15,095 nucleotides of DNA from an archaeon (GTDB lineage: Archaea; EX4484-52; B79-G9). Under the pieces are notes generated by a model. That model searched no databases, had not been told where the DNA came from, and saw only the letters and a program-made list of their open reading frames with translations. This document shows positions 1 through 7,965 of this stretch, piece after piece. Both the position numbers and the translations under genes were made by a program. The stretch is taken from positions 1 through 15,095 of the forward strand of contig JBDRKP010000010.1 of the NCBI GenBank assembly GCA_043813875.1, given 5' to 3'. How positions within the stretch are numbered: the stretch's first letter is position 1; each line of letters begins with the position of its first letter.

Positions 1-31
1 AGTTATTGATGTATGCATCCTTGTCAAGCAT
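1..31 (-). CDS. Possible 5' end of a gene running off the left edge (MLDKDAYINN...)
   Basis: Minus-strand ATG at 31, open to the window edge, with AT-rich sequence about 30 nt upstream. Only 10 codons are visible. Confidence 0.25.
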   Translation of the reverse strand, partial: MLDKDAYINN

Positions 32-168
32 TATATGATATCGTGCAAACGTCCATATCTAATTATCGGTTTTTAGCATAGAATTGGCGTATAAAAGTCA
101 GAATTGGGGTAGAATCTTGGATATTTGGGCTGAGTAGTTACATTTCGGGAAGATAAAATCCGGATAAA

Positions 169-786
169 TCATGATTTTTGCGCGATAAAATAAAATAGAA
201 GAGATTTTTCAAGAATCTGAGAATTATAGCCAATATTGGCATCCAATATTTTCAGACCATTAAGTTCTATGATATTCTTGTATCTAAGTTGTTCTAATTC
301 ATGTTCTGGTTTCAAGCAGATATGTAAATCGGACCCAACATGTAATGTTTCAGGGTGCAATAAAACATCACCCACCAGATAACCATCCGGCTTTAGCACC
401 CTTGCACATTCACGAACCACACTTTCGACTTCAGAATCAAGTAATAAATCTAATAAGTAGCCAATAGCAACAATATCAAATATCTTGTTGCCAAATGGCA
501 TATTTTGTGCGTCTGCGCAAAGAGATCTTTCAGGAATACAACTATCAATCTTATGTCCATATTCCAAATCCATTGCAATGATGTTATCCATATAATCAAT
601 ATCGCTATTTGATAGTCCATCTAATACTTTGCGTTTTTGTGTATTTTGTTTATGTAAGCAAGAGAGATAACCAAATAGCGCATAATCACATAAGCAGCCT
701 GCAGCAACATCCAGTAATTTTTTATTTTCCAAAAAAGGTATTTTTTCAAAAAAAGATTCATATCTGTACGGCTTAATTTCAATCAT
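169..786 (-). CDS. Class I SAM-dependent methyltransferase (Methyltransf_11-like)
   Basis: Motif I-like LLDVAAG, acidic IAMD, CADAQNMPFGNKIFDIV and ECARVLKPDGYLV. TATA-like TTTAAAAA on the minus strand at about 806-813. Visibly AT-rich compared with hel308. Confidence 0.8.
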   Translation of the reverse strand: MIEIKPYRYESFFEKIPFLENKKLLDVAAGCLCDYALFGYLSCLHKQNTQKRKVLDGLSNSDIDYMDNIIAMDLEYGHKIDSCIPERSLCADAQNMPFGNKIFDIVAIGYLLDLLLDSEVESVVRECARVLKPDGYLVGDVLLHPETLHVGSDLHICLKPEHELEQLRYKNIIELNGLKILDANIGYNSQILEKSLLFYFIAQKS

Positions 787-944
787 GGCAGTATTTTAAG
801 AGCGATTTTTAAAAAAGTTAGCCGTCTTGCAACGAAAGAAGTAACTTCTAATGAAATCGACTCCACAATACCAAATTAGATCATATAATCCATCTATTAA
901 TTCAAAACGAAAAGAAGTTAAAATAATTTCCTTTATTTGTCTTT

Positions 945-3215
945 ATGGAAGATTGCTCTCGTGGAAAAGAAGTTGATGAACGTGCAGATGAGCAAGGATT
1001 CATGGATGTATCGCGCATCGTGGAGTTCGGAATCTCTGAAAAGGTTGTTCCTGTTTTTCTTGCTGAGGGAATAACGAGACTCAATCCGCCGCAGACTATG
1101 GCGCTTAACCAGGGGCTGCTAACTTCCAAGAATATGGTTGTCGCGTGCCCTACTGCTTCGGGGAAGACGATCATCGCGGAACTTGCGATCGTCAATACTG
1201 TGCTTAATCTCAAAAAGAAGGCTGTGTATATCGTGCCGCTCAAGGCGCTCGGGTCTGAGAAGTACAAGGATTTTCGTGAGAAGTACGAGCCGCTCGGGAT
1301 GAAGGTCGCTCTTTCGATGGGCGGGGCGGATTCGAAGGATACCTGGCTTGAAGGGTATGACGTGATAATCGTGACTGCTGAGAAGCTTGACAGCCTGCTC
1401 CGGCACGGGATTGACTGGGTGAAGGATATCGGGCTTGTGGTTTGCGATGAGATACATCTTCTGAATGATGTGTCGAGAGGGCCTACGCTTGAGGTGACTA
1501 TCACAAGGCTTCGCGATCTTGCAACGTTCCAGATACTTGGCCTCTCGGCGACTATCAGCAATGCAGTCGAGCTTTCCAAATGGTTAAAGGCGGAGCTCGT
1601 GAAGTCAGATTACAGGCCTGTCGAGCTTCTTACAGGGGTATATCATGATTCGAAGCTTTATTTTTCAGGCAATTCGCAGCCGATAAACAGGCAGGCTGAC
1701 AGCATGCTTGCGCTTATCGAGCATATTATGGGGCTTGGCAAGCAGGCGATTGTGTTCGTTAATTCGAGGCCGAGCGCTGAGAGCCAGGCGGAGAAGATAG
1801 GGGCGGTCACCAAGAAGTTCTCTAAAGGGATGGATGATGTTTCGGACAAAATACTTCATGTGCTCTCTCATCCGACTAAGCAGTGCAGGAGGCTTGCGAG
1901 GGTTGTAGCGGACGGGGCGGCGTTCCATCATGCGGGGCTTGCGCCAAAACAGAAGGAACTTATCGAGGAGAATTTCAAGAACGGGAAGATCAAGGTGATA
2001 TGCGCTACGCCGACGCTTGCCGCGGGGGTTAATCTTCCTGCCGCTTATGTGGTTGTGCGGGACCTTACGAGGTATCTTGGCGGATACGGGATGAGGCCGA
2101 TACCTGTGCTTGAGTTCCAGCAGATGGCGGGGCGGGCGGGAAGGCCGAAGTATGATGACAAGGGTGTCGCTCTTGCATGCGCGAAGAATGAATATGAGAT
2201 CGAGCGAGTCATGGATGAATATATCAATGCAGAGTCAGAGAAGATATTTTCAAAACTTGCGCTTGAGCCCGTTCTGCGCACGCACATATTGTCGCTTGTC
2301 GCCACAGGGCATGTGTATACTGACAGGCAGCTGATGGATTTCATGGAGAAGACGTTCTATGCATATCAATATAATGACCTGTATGAACTTGAGAGGAACG
2401 TCAAGAAGATCATCGATATGCTTATCGGATATCGGCTGATCGATGCGAATGAAGAGGGGGACATCTCTAGCCCTTCGCTTTTCCAGAGCGCGGACTCTTA
2501 TATGGCTTTGAAGAAGATGAAGGCCACACCACTTGGAAAGAGAGTGGCTGAGCTTTATATCGATCCTGATACTGCGTGGCTTTTTGTGCATGCGCTCCGG
2601 AACTGCGTCATGAAGAAGGTGTCTGAGATCGCGCTGCTGCATCTCGTGTGCTCTGCCCTTGAGATGAGGCCGCTGCTCCGGGTAGGGAAGGGAGAATATG
2701 AGACGATATACGAGGATCTTGACAAGGCTACCGGGCGGCTGATTGTTCCTGATTTTTCCAAGGCGGATGAGGAGAGGCATATATGTGCTTTCAAGACGGC
2801 TCTTGCGCTTGATGCATGGACTGATGAGAAGGATGAGGACTATCTTTTTGAGACGTACAAGATGAGCCCGGGGGAGCTTAGGGTGAAGCTTGATAATGCG
2901 GACTGGCTGCTTTATTCGGTTGGGGAGATAGCAGGAATCGTCGGCGTACGATCTGTACAAGGATTGATAATGGAGCTAAGAAGCAGGCTGAAGTACGGCG
3001 TGAAGAAGGAACTACTTCCCCTTGTTAAGATACGCGGGATAGGAAGGGTGAGGGCGAGGGCGCTTTTCAAGATAGGTGTCACGGATCTTACGTCGGTGAA
3101 GGATGCCAGCTTTCCGGCGCTTGTGAAGGCTGTCGGGCAGAAGACGGCGGAGGCGCTGAAGAAGAGGACGGGGGAAAATCCGGATGATTTGAGAGAGCAG
3201 AGGAGGTTTGGGTGA
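945..3215 (+). CDS. hel308: Ski2-like ATP-dependent DNA helicase Hel308/Hjm
   Basis: SF2 motifs PTASGKT, DEIH, SAT, HHAGL, TPTLAAGVNLPA and QMAGRAGRP, plus C-terminal HhH GIGRVRAR; length about 750 aa. The start may be 945 (TTAAAATA at 918-925 fits a leaderless start) or the ATG at 1002. Confidence 0.95.
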   Translation: MEDCSRGKEVDERADEQGFMDVSRIVEFGISEKVVPVFLAEGITRLNPPQTMALNQGLLTSKNMVVACPTASGKTIIAELAIVNTVLNLKKKAVYIVPLKALGSEKYKDFREKYEPLGMKVALSMGGADSKDTWLEGYDVIIVTAEKLDSLLRHGIDWVKDIGLVVCDEIHLLNDVSRGPTLEVTITRLRDLATFQILGLSATISNAVELSKWLKAELVKSDYRPVELLTGVYHDSKLYFSGNSQPINRQADSMLALIEHIMGLGKQAIVFVNSRPSAESQAEKIGAVTKKFSKGMDDVSDKILHVLSHPTKQCRRLARVVADGAAFHHAGLAPKQKELIEENFKNGKIKVICATPTLAAGVNLPAAYVVVRDLTRYLGGYGMRPIPVLEFQQMAGRAGRPKYDDKGVALACAKNEYEIERVMDEYINAESEKIFSKLALEPVLRTHILSLVATGHVYTDRQLMDFMEKTFYAYQYNDLYELERNVKKIIDMLIGYRLIDANEEGDISSPSLFQSADSYMALKKMKATPLGKRVAELYIDPDTAWLFVHALRNCVMKKVSEIALLHLVCSALEMRPLLRVGKGEYETIYEDLDKATGRLIVPDFSKADEERHICAFKTALALDAWTDEKDEDYLFETYKMSPGELRVKLDNADWLLYSVGEIAGIVGVRSVQGLIMELRSRLKYGVKKELLPLVKIRGIGRVRARALFKIGVTDLTSVKDASFPALVKAVGQKTAEALKKRTGENPDDLREQRRFG
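3134..3215 (+). repeat. Direct repeat copy 1 (attL-like), the functional 3' end of hel308
   Basis: 3134-3169 (CGGGCAGAAGACGGCGGAGGCGCTGAAGAAGAGGAC) is identical to 4862-4897. Encodes GQKTAEALKKRTGENPDDLREQRRFG*. Confidence 0.95.
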
Positions 3216-3218
3216 AAG

Positions 3219-3800
3219 TCATTTCTTCATGCATTTTGGGGTCTTTGTGTAAAGTGTTTTTGCAAAGTCTTCCAGGCAGATTATGCTGTTTAGCTTTTTT
3301 CTTGTTTTTCTGGAGTAATATTCGTATTCTGTTCTTGTGACTGGTTTTTCTTCAAGGATGTTTTTTATAATCTGTTTTTCTTTTTTTGTGAATAGTCGGG
3401 AAAGCCACATCTCGAGATCCCTTTCTGCGTAGATTTTTTGCCTGTCGATCATCGAGATTGACTTGGAGGTCTCTGCTTTTTGCAGTTCAAATTCGTGGCT
3501 GAATTCTTCGTAGTCCTGGTTTCCTTTTGCGCTGTATTTTGGCAGGGGCTTGTTGATGTTGCTTTGTTCAAATATTTTTCGGGTGATGGATAAAATCTCG
3601 CTAAAGAGTTTTTTTTGGCGGGTTTTTTGGTATATTTTTTCTATGTCTATAGGGTAGTTGTATAGCAGGAAAGGTATGGCTTTCAGGTAGCGCGTGTCTT
3701 TGGATTTTAAAATTGAGAGGATTAGTTTTTCTTTGGTTTTGCCTGTGCCAAGCATCCTGAATCCGGCTTCACGCAACTCTTTTTCTATTGTTATTCCCAT
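3219..3800 (-). CDS. Lys-rich hypothetical protein, putative antitoxin or DNA-binding partner of the nucleotidyltransferase
   Basis: Likely start is the ATG at 3800 (MGITIEKEL), overlapping the last codons of the upstream gene. Basic helical C-terminus (LSRLFTKKEKQIIKNILEEKPVTRTEYEYYSRKTRKKL). Function inferred from context only. Confidence 0.6.
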   Translation of the reverse strand: MGITIEKELREAGFRMLGTGKTKEKLILSILKSKDTRYLKAIPFLLYNYPIDIEKIYQKTRQKKLFSEILSITRKIFEQSNINKPLPKYSAKGNQDYEEFSHEFELQKAETSKSISMIDRQKIYAERDLEMWLSRLFTKKEKQIIKNILEEKPVTRTEYEYYSRKTRKKLNSIICLEDFAKTLYTKTPKCMKK

Positions 3801-4408
3801 TTTCTGACCTCGTTTATGATTTCTTTTTCCTTGGTGAAGCCCCATTCTTCAAACTTTATCTCGATGAAGTCTAATAGTTTTTGTTTATAATTGGCAACTA
3901 TTGAGGATTCCATTGTCTCCTTATATCTGCCTGTGAGCTTCTGAATGTCTATTTCTTCAGTCTCAAGTATCCTTTTGATGTCATTGAAGTCTCTTGTATC
4001 TCCTCTTGCAAGTTTGCTGATTATGATGTCTAATAGTGAATGCGTGTAAAGTTCAATTTTTCCAAAAGTGTTTATGTAGCGCGATTGCTCTGTACAGTCA
4101 GACAGCAATTGAGTGCCCACGATGTTTGAGCCATGAAATAAATCGAAAGCAAGCCCCTCTTGAGTAAGCCAGCGGTAAGACCCTATTTTTTTGAATCCAA
4201 TCTGCCCAAAAATTTTACATATATAATCGTATTCTTTTTTTGAATCTATGTTGATGTCTATGTCCAAAGTTGATGCCTTGAGATTGAGGATTGTCAGTGC
4301 AGTTCCACCCAGCGCATACATATGGATATTTTCTTCAATGTATTTTGATATGGAGCGCAGTAATTCAAAGAGTTCTTCAGCATTGATTTCGTCTTTGTTA
4401 TGAGGCAT
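3791..4408 (-). CDS. DUF6036/AbiEii-like nucleotidyltransferase (type IV TA toxin-like)
   Basis: ALGGTAL...STLDIDI (GG plus DxD polymerase-beta motif) and C-terminal DIIISKLARGDTRDFNDI. Confidence 0.8.
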   Translation of the reverse strand: MPHNKDEINAEELFELLRSISKYIEENIHMYALGGTALTILNLKASTLDIDINIDSKKEYDYICKIFGQIGFKKIGSYRWLTQEGLAFDLFHGSNIVGTQLLSDCTEQSRYINTFGKIELYTHSLLDIIISKLARGDTRDFNDIKRILETEEIDIQKLTGRYKETMESSIVANYKQKLLDFIEIKFEEWGFTKEKEIINEVRKWE

Positions 4409-4415
4409 ATTTTTT

Positions 4416-4475
4416 ATTGTATCCGTAAATATATAAATATTACTATTTTTGTATATATAGATACAATTATTGTAT
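4416..4475 (-). promoter_or_regulatory. Promoter/operator of the nucleotidyltransferase operon
   Basis: Minus-strand TTTATAT at 4431-4437. Inverted repeats TTGTAT-N6-ATACAA (4449-4466) and ATACAAT-T-ATTGTAT (4461-4475), and a further ATTGTAT at 4416-4422. Confidence 0.55.
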
Positions 4476-4861
4476 TATTTTTAGATAAATGACTGCGAAA
4501 AACCAGAGAATCCCCGCATGCTATTAAGCGATATTTTATTATAGTTGATGTCGTTACTCGCGGGACAAATATGACCAATTAACCAATAGACATCAACCTA
4601 TCCTGGCGAATCTATGATTCGCTGGCTGCTAAAATTGCTACGCAATTTTAAGCATATGGAAAAGTCATATGTCCATTTTGAGGACGAAGTCCTCGAAAGC
4701 TTGGCATGTAAGTGCCATGAAAGAGTTATGACTTTTACTATAAATCCAAAACGAATAGCGACACATAGTGTAAATGAGAGCATGCAGCCCAGGAGTATAT
4801 CCATGGGCGGACGTTCTTATTGTAAGCGAGAGAGTTGATTTTGAATTGTTTTTTCTTCCAC

Positions 4862-4943
4862 CGGGCAGAAGACGGCGGAGGCGCTGAAGAAGAGGACAGG
4901 GGAGGATACTTTGGGGCTTAGGGAGCAAAGACGTCTATCATGA
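4862..4943 (+). pseudogene. Direct repeat copy 2 (attR-like), a displaced alternative hel308 3' end
   Basis: Encodes GQKTAEALKKRTGEDTLGLREQRRLS*. Same length as copy 1, with TGA at the equivalent position (offset 1728). Confidence 0.9.
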
Positions 4944-5001
4944 CAGCAAGGCCTTCTGCTTTTCTTGCGCCGTCATCGCAGCTCCTGATCTTTATCTGCA
5001 T
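4918..5001 (-). pseudogene. Truncated N-terminus of a 2-phosphosulfolactate phosphatase (ComB)-like gene
   Basis: Translates as MQIKIRSCDDGARKAEGLAVMIDVFAP*, resembling the ComB-family start (GAxxAxGxxVxIDVFRA). Minus-strand TATAAAA at 5025-5031. Family recognised by eye only. Confidence 0.55.
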
Positions 5002-5100
5002 ATCTTATATTGGGTGATGGAAGATTTTATATCTGAACCCTGTGATAACCGACGGTCTTGCGATACGTTTATAACGAGGCTCGGGCATTAATATATTGTT

Positions 5101-5934
5101 ATGAAATCTGACGGGCTCAATTTTATGCTGATCATGATATTGTTTGTCTTTGTCATTTCTGCCAGCGGCTGCACGGATAAAGAGGATGTTGCTGAAAAAC
5201 AGGCAAACCGAGACGGTGTGGCAGAATATACAAACCCTGATTGCGGCAACAACGCATGTGACTATTACAGACTAACATTGAAGGATGAGAGCGGCGGGGG
5301 AGCTATATATCTAAACGGCGAGTATCATACGATCATGTTGAAATCCGTCGACTCCAAGGACAAAGCTACAATCTGTATTGACAGGACTTGCGATCCTGTT
5401 GAATTGCGCAAGACCAAAGATATAGGCGGCGTATATGCGATTGCCGAGTCCATAATATTTTCTAAAAAAAACGGCGAAAGCAGCGTGACGCTGACGTTCG
5501 GTGAAAATGCAGAGACCTGCCCAACGGATTGTGTTAAGAGTTCAGGATATTGCGGAGATGGGATATGCAATGCACAGAAAGTGACTTTGATGGCAGGTGA
5601 AGAGAAGGAAGTGACTGTTGACGGGGCGACGGTCAAAGTGAAACTTGCGAGTCTTGTAAAGGATACTTATGAGTTTGAAATCACCGGGCCTGGTGAAATA
5701 AAGGCGAATTTCGGCGGGCGAGGTGCCGGACGCGGGGGTGTCGGTCAAAGCATACCGATAAAAGACCATCAGGGTCCGCGTGTCACCACGATGTATGCGG
5801 ATACAAGCGAGATGATAGGGATAGGATATGCTGTCACTGAGATTTTGGATGATTCGGTCACGATATTCCTTGGCGATGAGACAGAGACTACTGAAATATG
5901 TCCTGATTGCTACTCTGAACTTAAAGGAATATGA
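5101..5934 (+). CDS. Cys-rich surface lipoprotein with two internal modules
   Basis: Hydrophobic signal peptide with lipobox ASGC (Cys24). CGNNAC...ETCPTDC and CGDGIC...EICPDC motifs. TTTATAA at about 5068-5074. Confidence 0.75.
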   Translation: MKSDGLNFMLIMILFVFVISASGCTDKEDVAEKQANRDGVAEYTNPDCGNNACDYYRLTLKDESGGGAIYLNGEYHTIMLKSVDSKDKATICIDRTCDPVELRKTKDIGGVYAIAESIIFSKKNGESSVTLTFGENAETCPTDCVKSSGYCGDGICNAQKVTLMAGEEKEVTVDGATVKVKLASLVKDTYEFEITGPGEIKANFGGRGAGRGGVGQSIPIKDHQGPRVTTMYADTSEMIGIGYAVTEILDDSVTIFLGDETETTEICPDCYSELKGI

Positions 5935-5988
5935 CGAGGATTTATTAAAATCAGAAACCAATAAATAATCACGATTCTGGCGAATTAT

Positions 5989-6711
5989 ATGGAAGAGATA
6001 ACAGTCTACAAGCTCAAGGATATGAATCTTAAAGGCGCAACTGTCATCAACGGTTTCCCGTCAGCAGGGCTTGTGAGCGCAATCACTGCCAATTACCTTA
6101 TCGGGGCGATGAAACTAGACCAGATCGCTGCGCTTGACTCGCCGGCATTCCCTGCAATCTCTATGATATACAATGCCAAGCCAAAGCTGCCGGCAAGGAT
6201 ATATGCGGATGAAAAAGCCAAGATTGTCGTATTCATCTCTGAGTTCAGCCCTTTGCCATATCTTATAAGGCCTCTTGCATATACTATTTTTGATTTCATT
6301 GAACAAAAAAAATGCTCGCGAATAATAGCTCCTGAAATGATGCCGGTACATGACGGCCATGTGGAGGTATATGGTGTCGGAAGCACTGATAATGCAAGGG
6401 CGACCATGCAGAAGAGCCAGATAAAACCGATTGTTCACGGGATTATAGCAGGTATTTCGGGAGTGCTGCTGAATGAAGGCAGAAGACGTAATTTTGATGT
6501 AATCACACTGGTCGCACAGGCCAGACAGGAAGTGACTAATGCGAGGGCTGCAGCCATGCTAATCGAGAAGATCAGCAAGATAGCCGATATAAGCATAGAT
6601 ACTGTGCCTCTGAACCGCGAGTCTGAAAGAATTGAGAAATGGATCAAAAATCTCAGAGAGCAATCAAAAACAGCTGCCAAGTCGCCGGATCATCTTAATA
6701 TGTACGGCTGA
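5989..6711 (+). CDS. PAC2-family proteasome assembly chaperone (PbaA/PbaB-like)
   Basis: INGFPSAGLVSAITANYLI, PARIY, GIIAGISGVLL and NARAAAMLI motifs. C-terminus MYG resembles an HbYX tail. Confidence 0.9.
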   Translation: MEEITVYKLKDMNLKGATVINGFPSAGLVSAITANYLIGAMKLDQIAALDSPAFPAISMIYNAKPKLPARIYADEKAKIVVFISEFSPLPYLIRPLAYTIFDFIEQKKCSRIIAPEMMPVHDGHVEVYGVGSTDNARATMQKSQIKPIVHGIIAGISGVLLNEGRRRNFDVITLVAQARQEVTNARAAAMLIEKISKIADISIDTVPLNRESERIEKWIKNLREQSKTAAKSPDHLNMYG

Positions 6712-6774
6712 TGAAAATGATTCGCGGCGGATCACCTCCAATAGAAATATTAATTTCGGCTCTCAATTGGGTTT

Positions 6775-7965
6775 ATGTATTCTTATTCGAAAATCCAGTG
6801 CTTTTTCAATTGCCCAATGATGTTTCGTCTCAGGTATCTCGATAAGGTCAAGGTCGAGAGATTCGAGAGCATCGAGGCGTTCATGGGGGGGCGGGTGCAT
6901 GAGGCTCTTGAAAAGCTATACAAAGACCAGATGCATCACAAGGAGAATTCGCTCGATGACATTTCCGGGTTCTATAATACGATGTGGCAGAAGAAGTATA
7001 GCGATGCCGTACAAGTCATCAAGAAGCAGTATACTGCGGATAATTATTTTGATATGGGCAGAAAGTATATCGAAGATTATTATCTGAAGCATTCACCGTT
7101 TGCGGGTGGGATGACTGTCGGGCTTGAGGAAAAGATAACCCTGAAGTTGAAGAATCATACGATTCTCGGATATATTGACCGGCTTTCTGTGAATAAGGAT
7201 AATACCTATGAGATACATGACTACAAGACTTCCGCAAGCATGCCGCATAAGGCGTATTTCGATACTGATGAGCAGCTTGCGCTGTATGCTATCGGGGTAA
7301 AAAACAGGTATGAAGATGCCAAGAAGGTTAAACTGGTGTGGCATTATCTTGCGTTCAACAAGGCGGTTGAGGTCTTTCGCACGGACAATGAACTTGAGGC
7401 CACAAAGGATAGCGTGACCAGAAAAATCGGAGTGATCGAGGATGCACAAAAGAAGAGCAATTTTCTTCCTAATGAATCCAAGCTCTGCCTGTGGTGCGAG
7501 TACCAGAGAATATGCCCTGTAAAGAAACACAGGTTCCTGACAGATCCCGAGCCAAAAGAAGCTGAAAAGGAATCCGCGGCTGAACTTGCAGACCACTATG
7601 CACATCTTAAGAACAAGCAGAGTGAAATCAATGAGAAAATAGAAGTGATAAGGAATAGGCTGATAGAATATTCCAAGAAAAATAATCTGAGTGCTGTTGA
7701 CGGGAAAGAACATACAGTGAAAGTCAATGAGAGCAAGGAATTAAGGTATCCGAGAGCTGGTGAGGATGACAGGAAAAAACTTGAGGAATATCTGAGGAAT
7801 GTCAAGCTCTGGGAGAAGGTATCTGTGCTTGATGCGCATGCTCTTAACAGGTTAATGAAAGAGACGCTTGTCGACAGGAAAATCGCTGAGAAGATAAGGA
7901 GTTTTGCTGAGGAGGAAATCACATACAAGGTCACGATCGGCAAAAAGAGGAAGGAGGAGGATTGA
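6775..7965 (+). CDS. PD-(D/E)XK nuclease, RecB/Cas4-like, with Fe-S staple and C-terminal extension
   Basis: YSYSKIQCFFNCP, GGRVHEALE, GYIDRL, IHDYKT, QLALYA and CLWCEYQRICP (1+3 Cys arrangement), followed by about 140 aa of charged helical sequence. Confidence 0.9.
   Translation: MYSYSKIQCFFNCPMMFRLRYLDKVKVERFESIEAFMGGRVHEALEKLYKDQMHHKENSLDDISGFYNTMWQKKYSDAVQVIKKQYTADNYFDMGRKYIEDYYLKHSPFAGGMTVGLEEKITLKLKNHTILGYIDRLSVNKDNTYEIHDYKTSASMPHKAYFDTDEQLALYAIGVKNRYEDAKKVKLVWHYLAFNKAVEVFRTDNELEATKDSVTRKIGVIEDAQKKSNFLPNESKLCLWCEYQRICPVKKHRFLTDPEPKEAEKESAAELADHYAHLKNKQSEINEKIEVIRNRLIEYSKKNNLSAVDGKEHTVKVNESKELRYPRAGEDDRKKLEEYLRNVKLWEKVSVLDAHALNRLMKETLVDRKIAEKIRSFAEEEITYKVTIGKKRKEED

Larger units (their letters stand above)
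3134..4897. mobile_element. Putative integrase-less mini genomic island (1728-bp unit) inserted in the hel308 3' end
   Basis: Bounded by 36-bp direct repeats of hel308 coding sequence. AT-rich interior carrying TA-like cargo. No recombinase gene inside. Confidence 0.65.

Noticed and set aside
902..2960. Long antisense ORFs over hel308 (e.g. 902-1579, 2250-2960), and similar ones over other genes
   Set aside because: Shadow ORFs produced by codon bias, with no recognisable motifs.
3801..3845. N-terminal extensions in the ORF track (3845 start here, likewise the 9598 start for MazG and the 10997 start)
   Set aside because: Downstream starts (3800, 9544, 11066) fit gene coupling, SD or TATA positions better and, for 3800 and 9544, avoid long overlaps.
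3134..4897. IS/transposon with target-site duplication
   Set aside because: No transposase or terminal inverted repeats are seen, and a 36-bp core with a diverged coding tail is unlike a TSD.
4665..4928. Minus-strand ORFs 4665-4928 and 4598-4804 as genes
   Set aside because: No recognisable motifs. The longer one starts inside the antisense of the hel308 repeat and crosses the island boundary.
6775..7965. CRISPR-associated cas4
   Set aside because: No cas1/cas2 or array is nearby, and the length and extension fit a stand-alone RecB-like nuclease.
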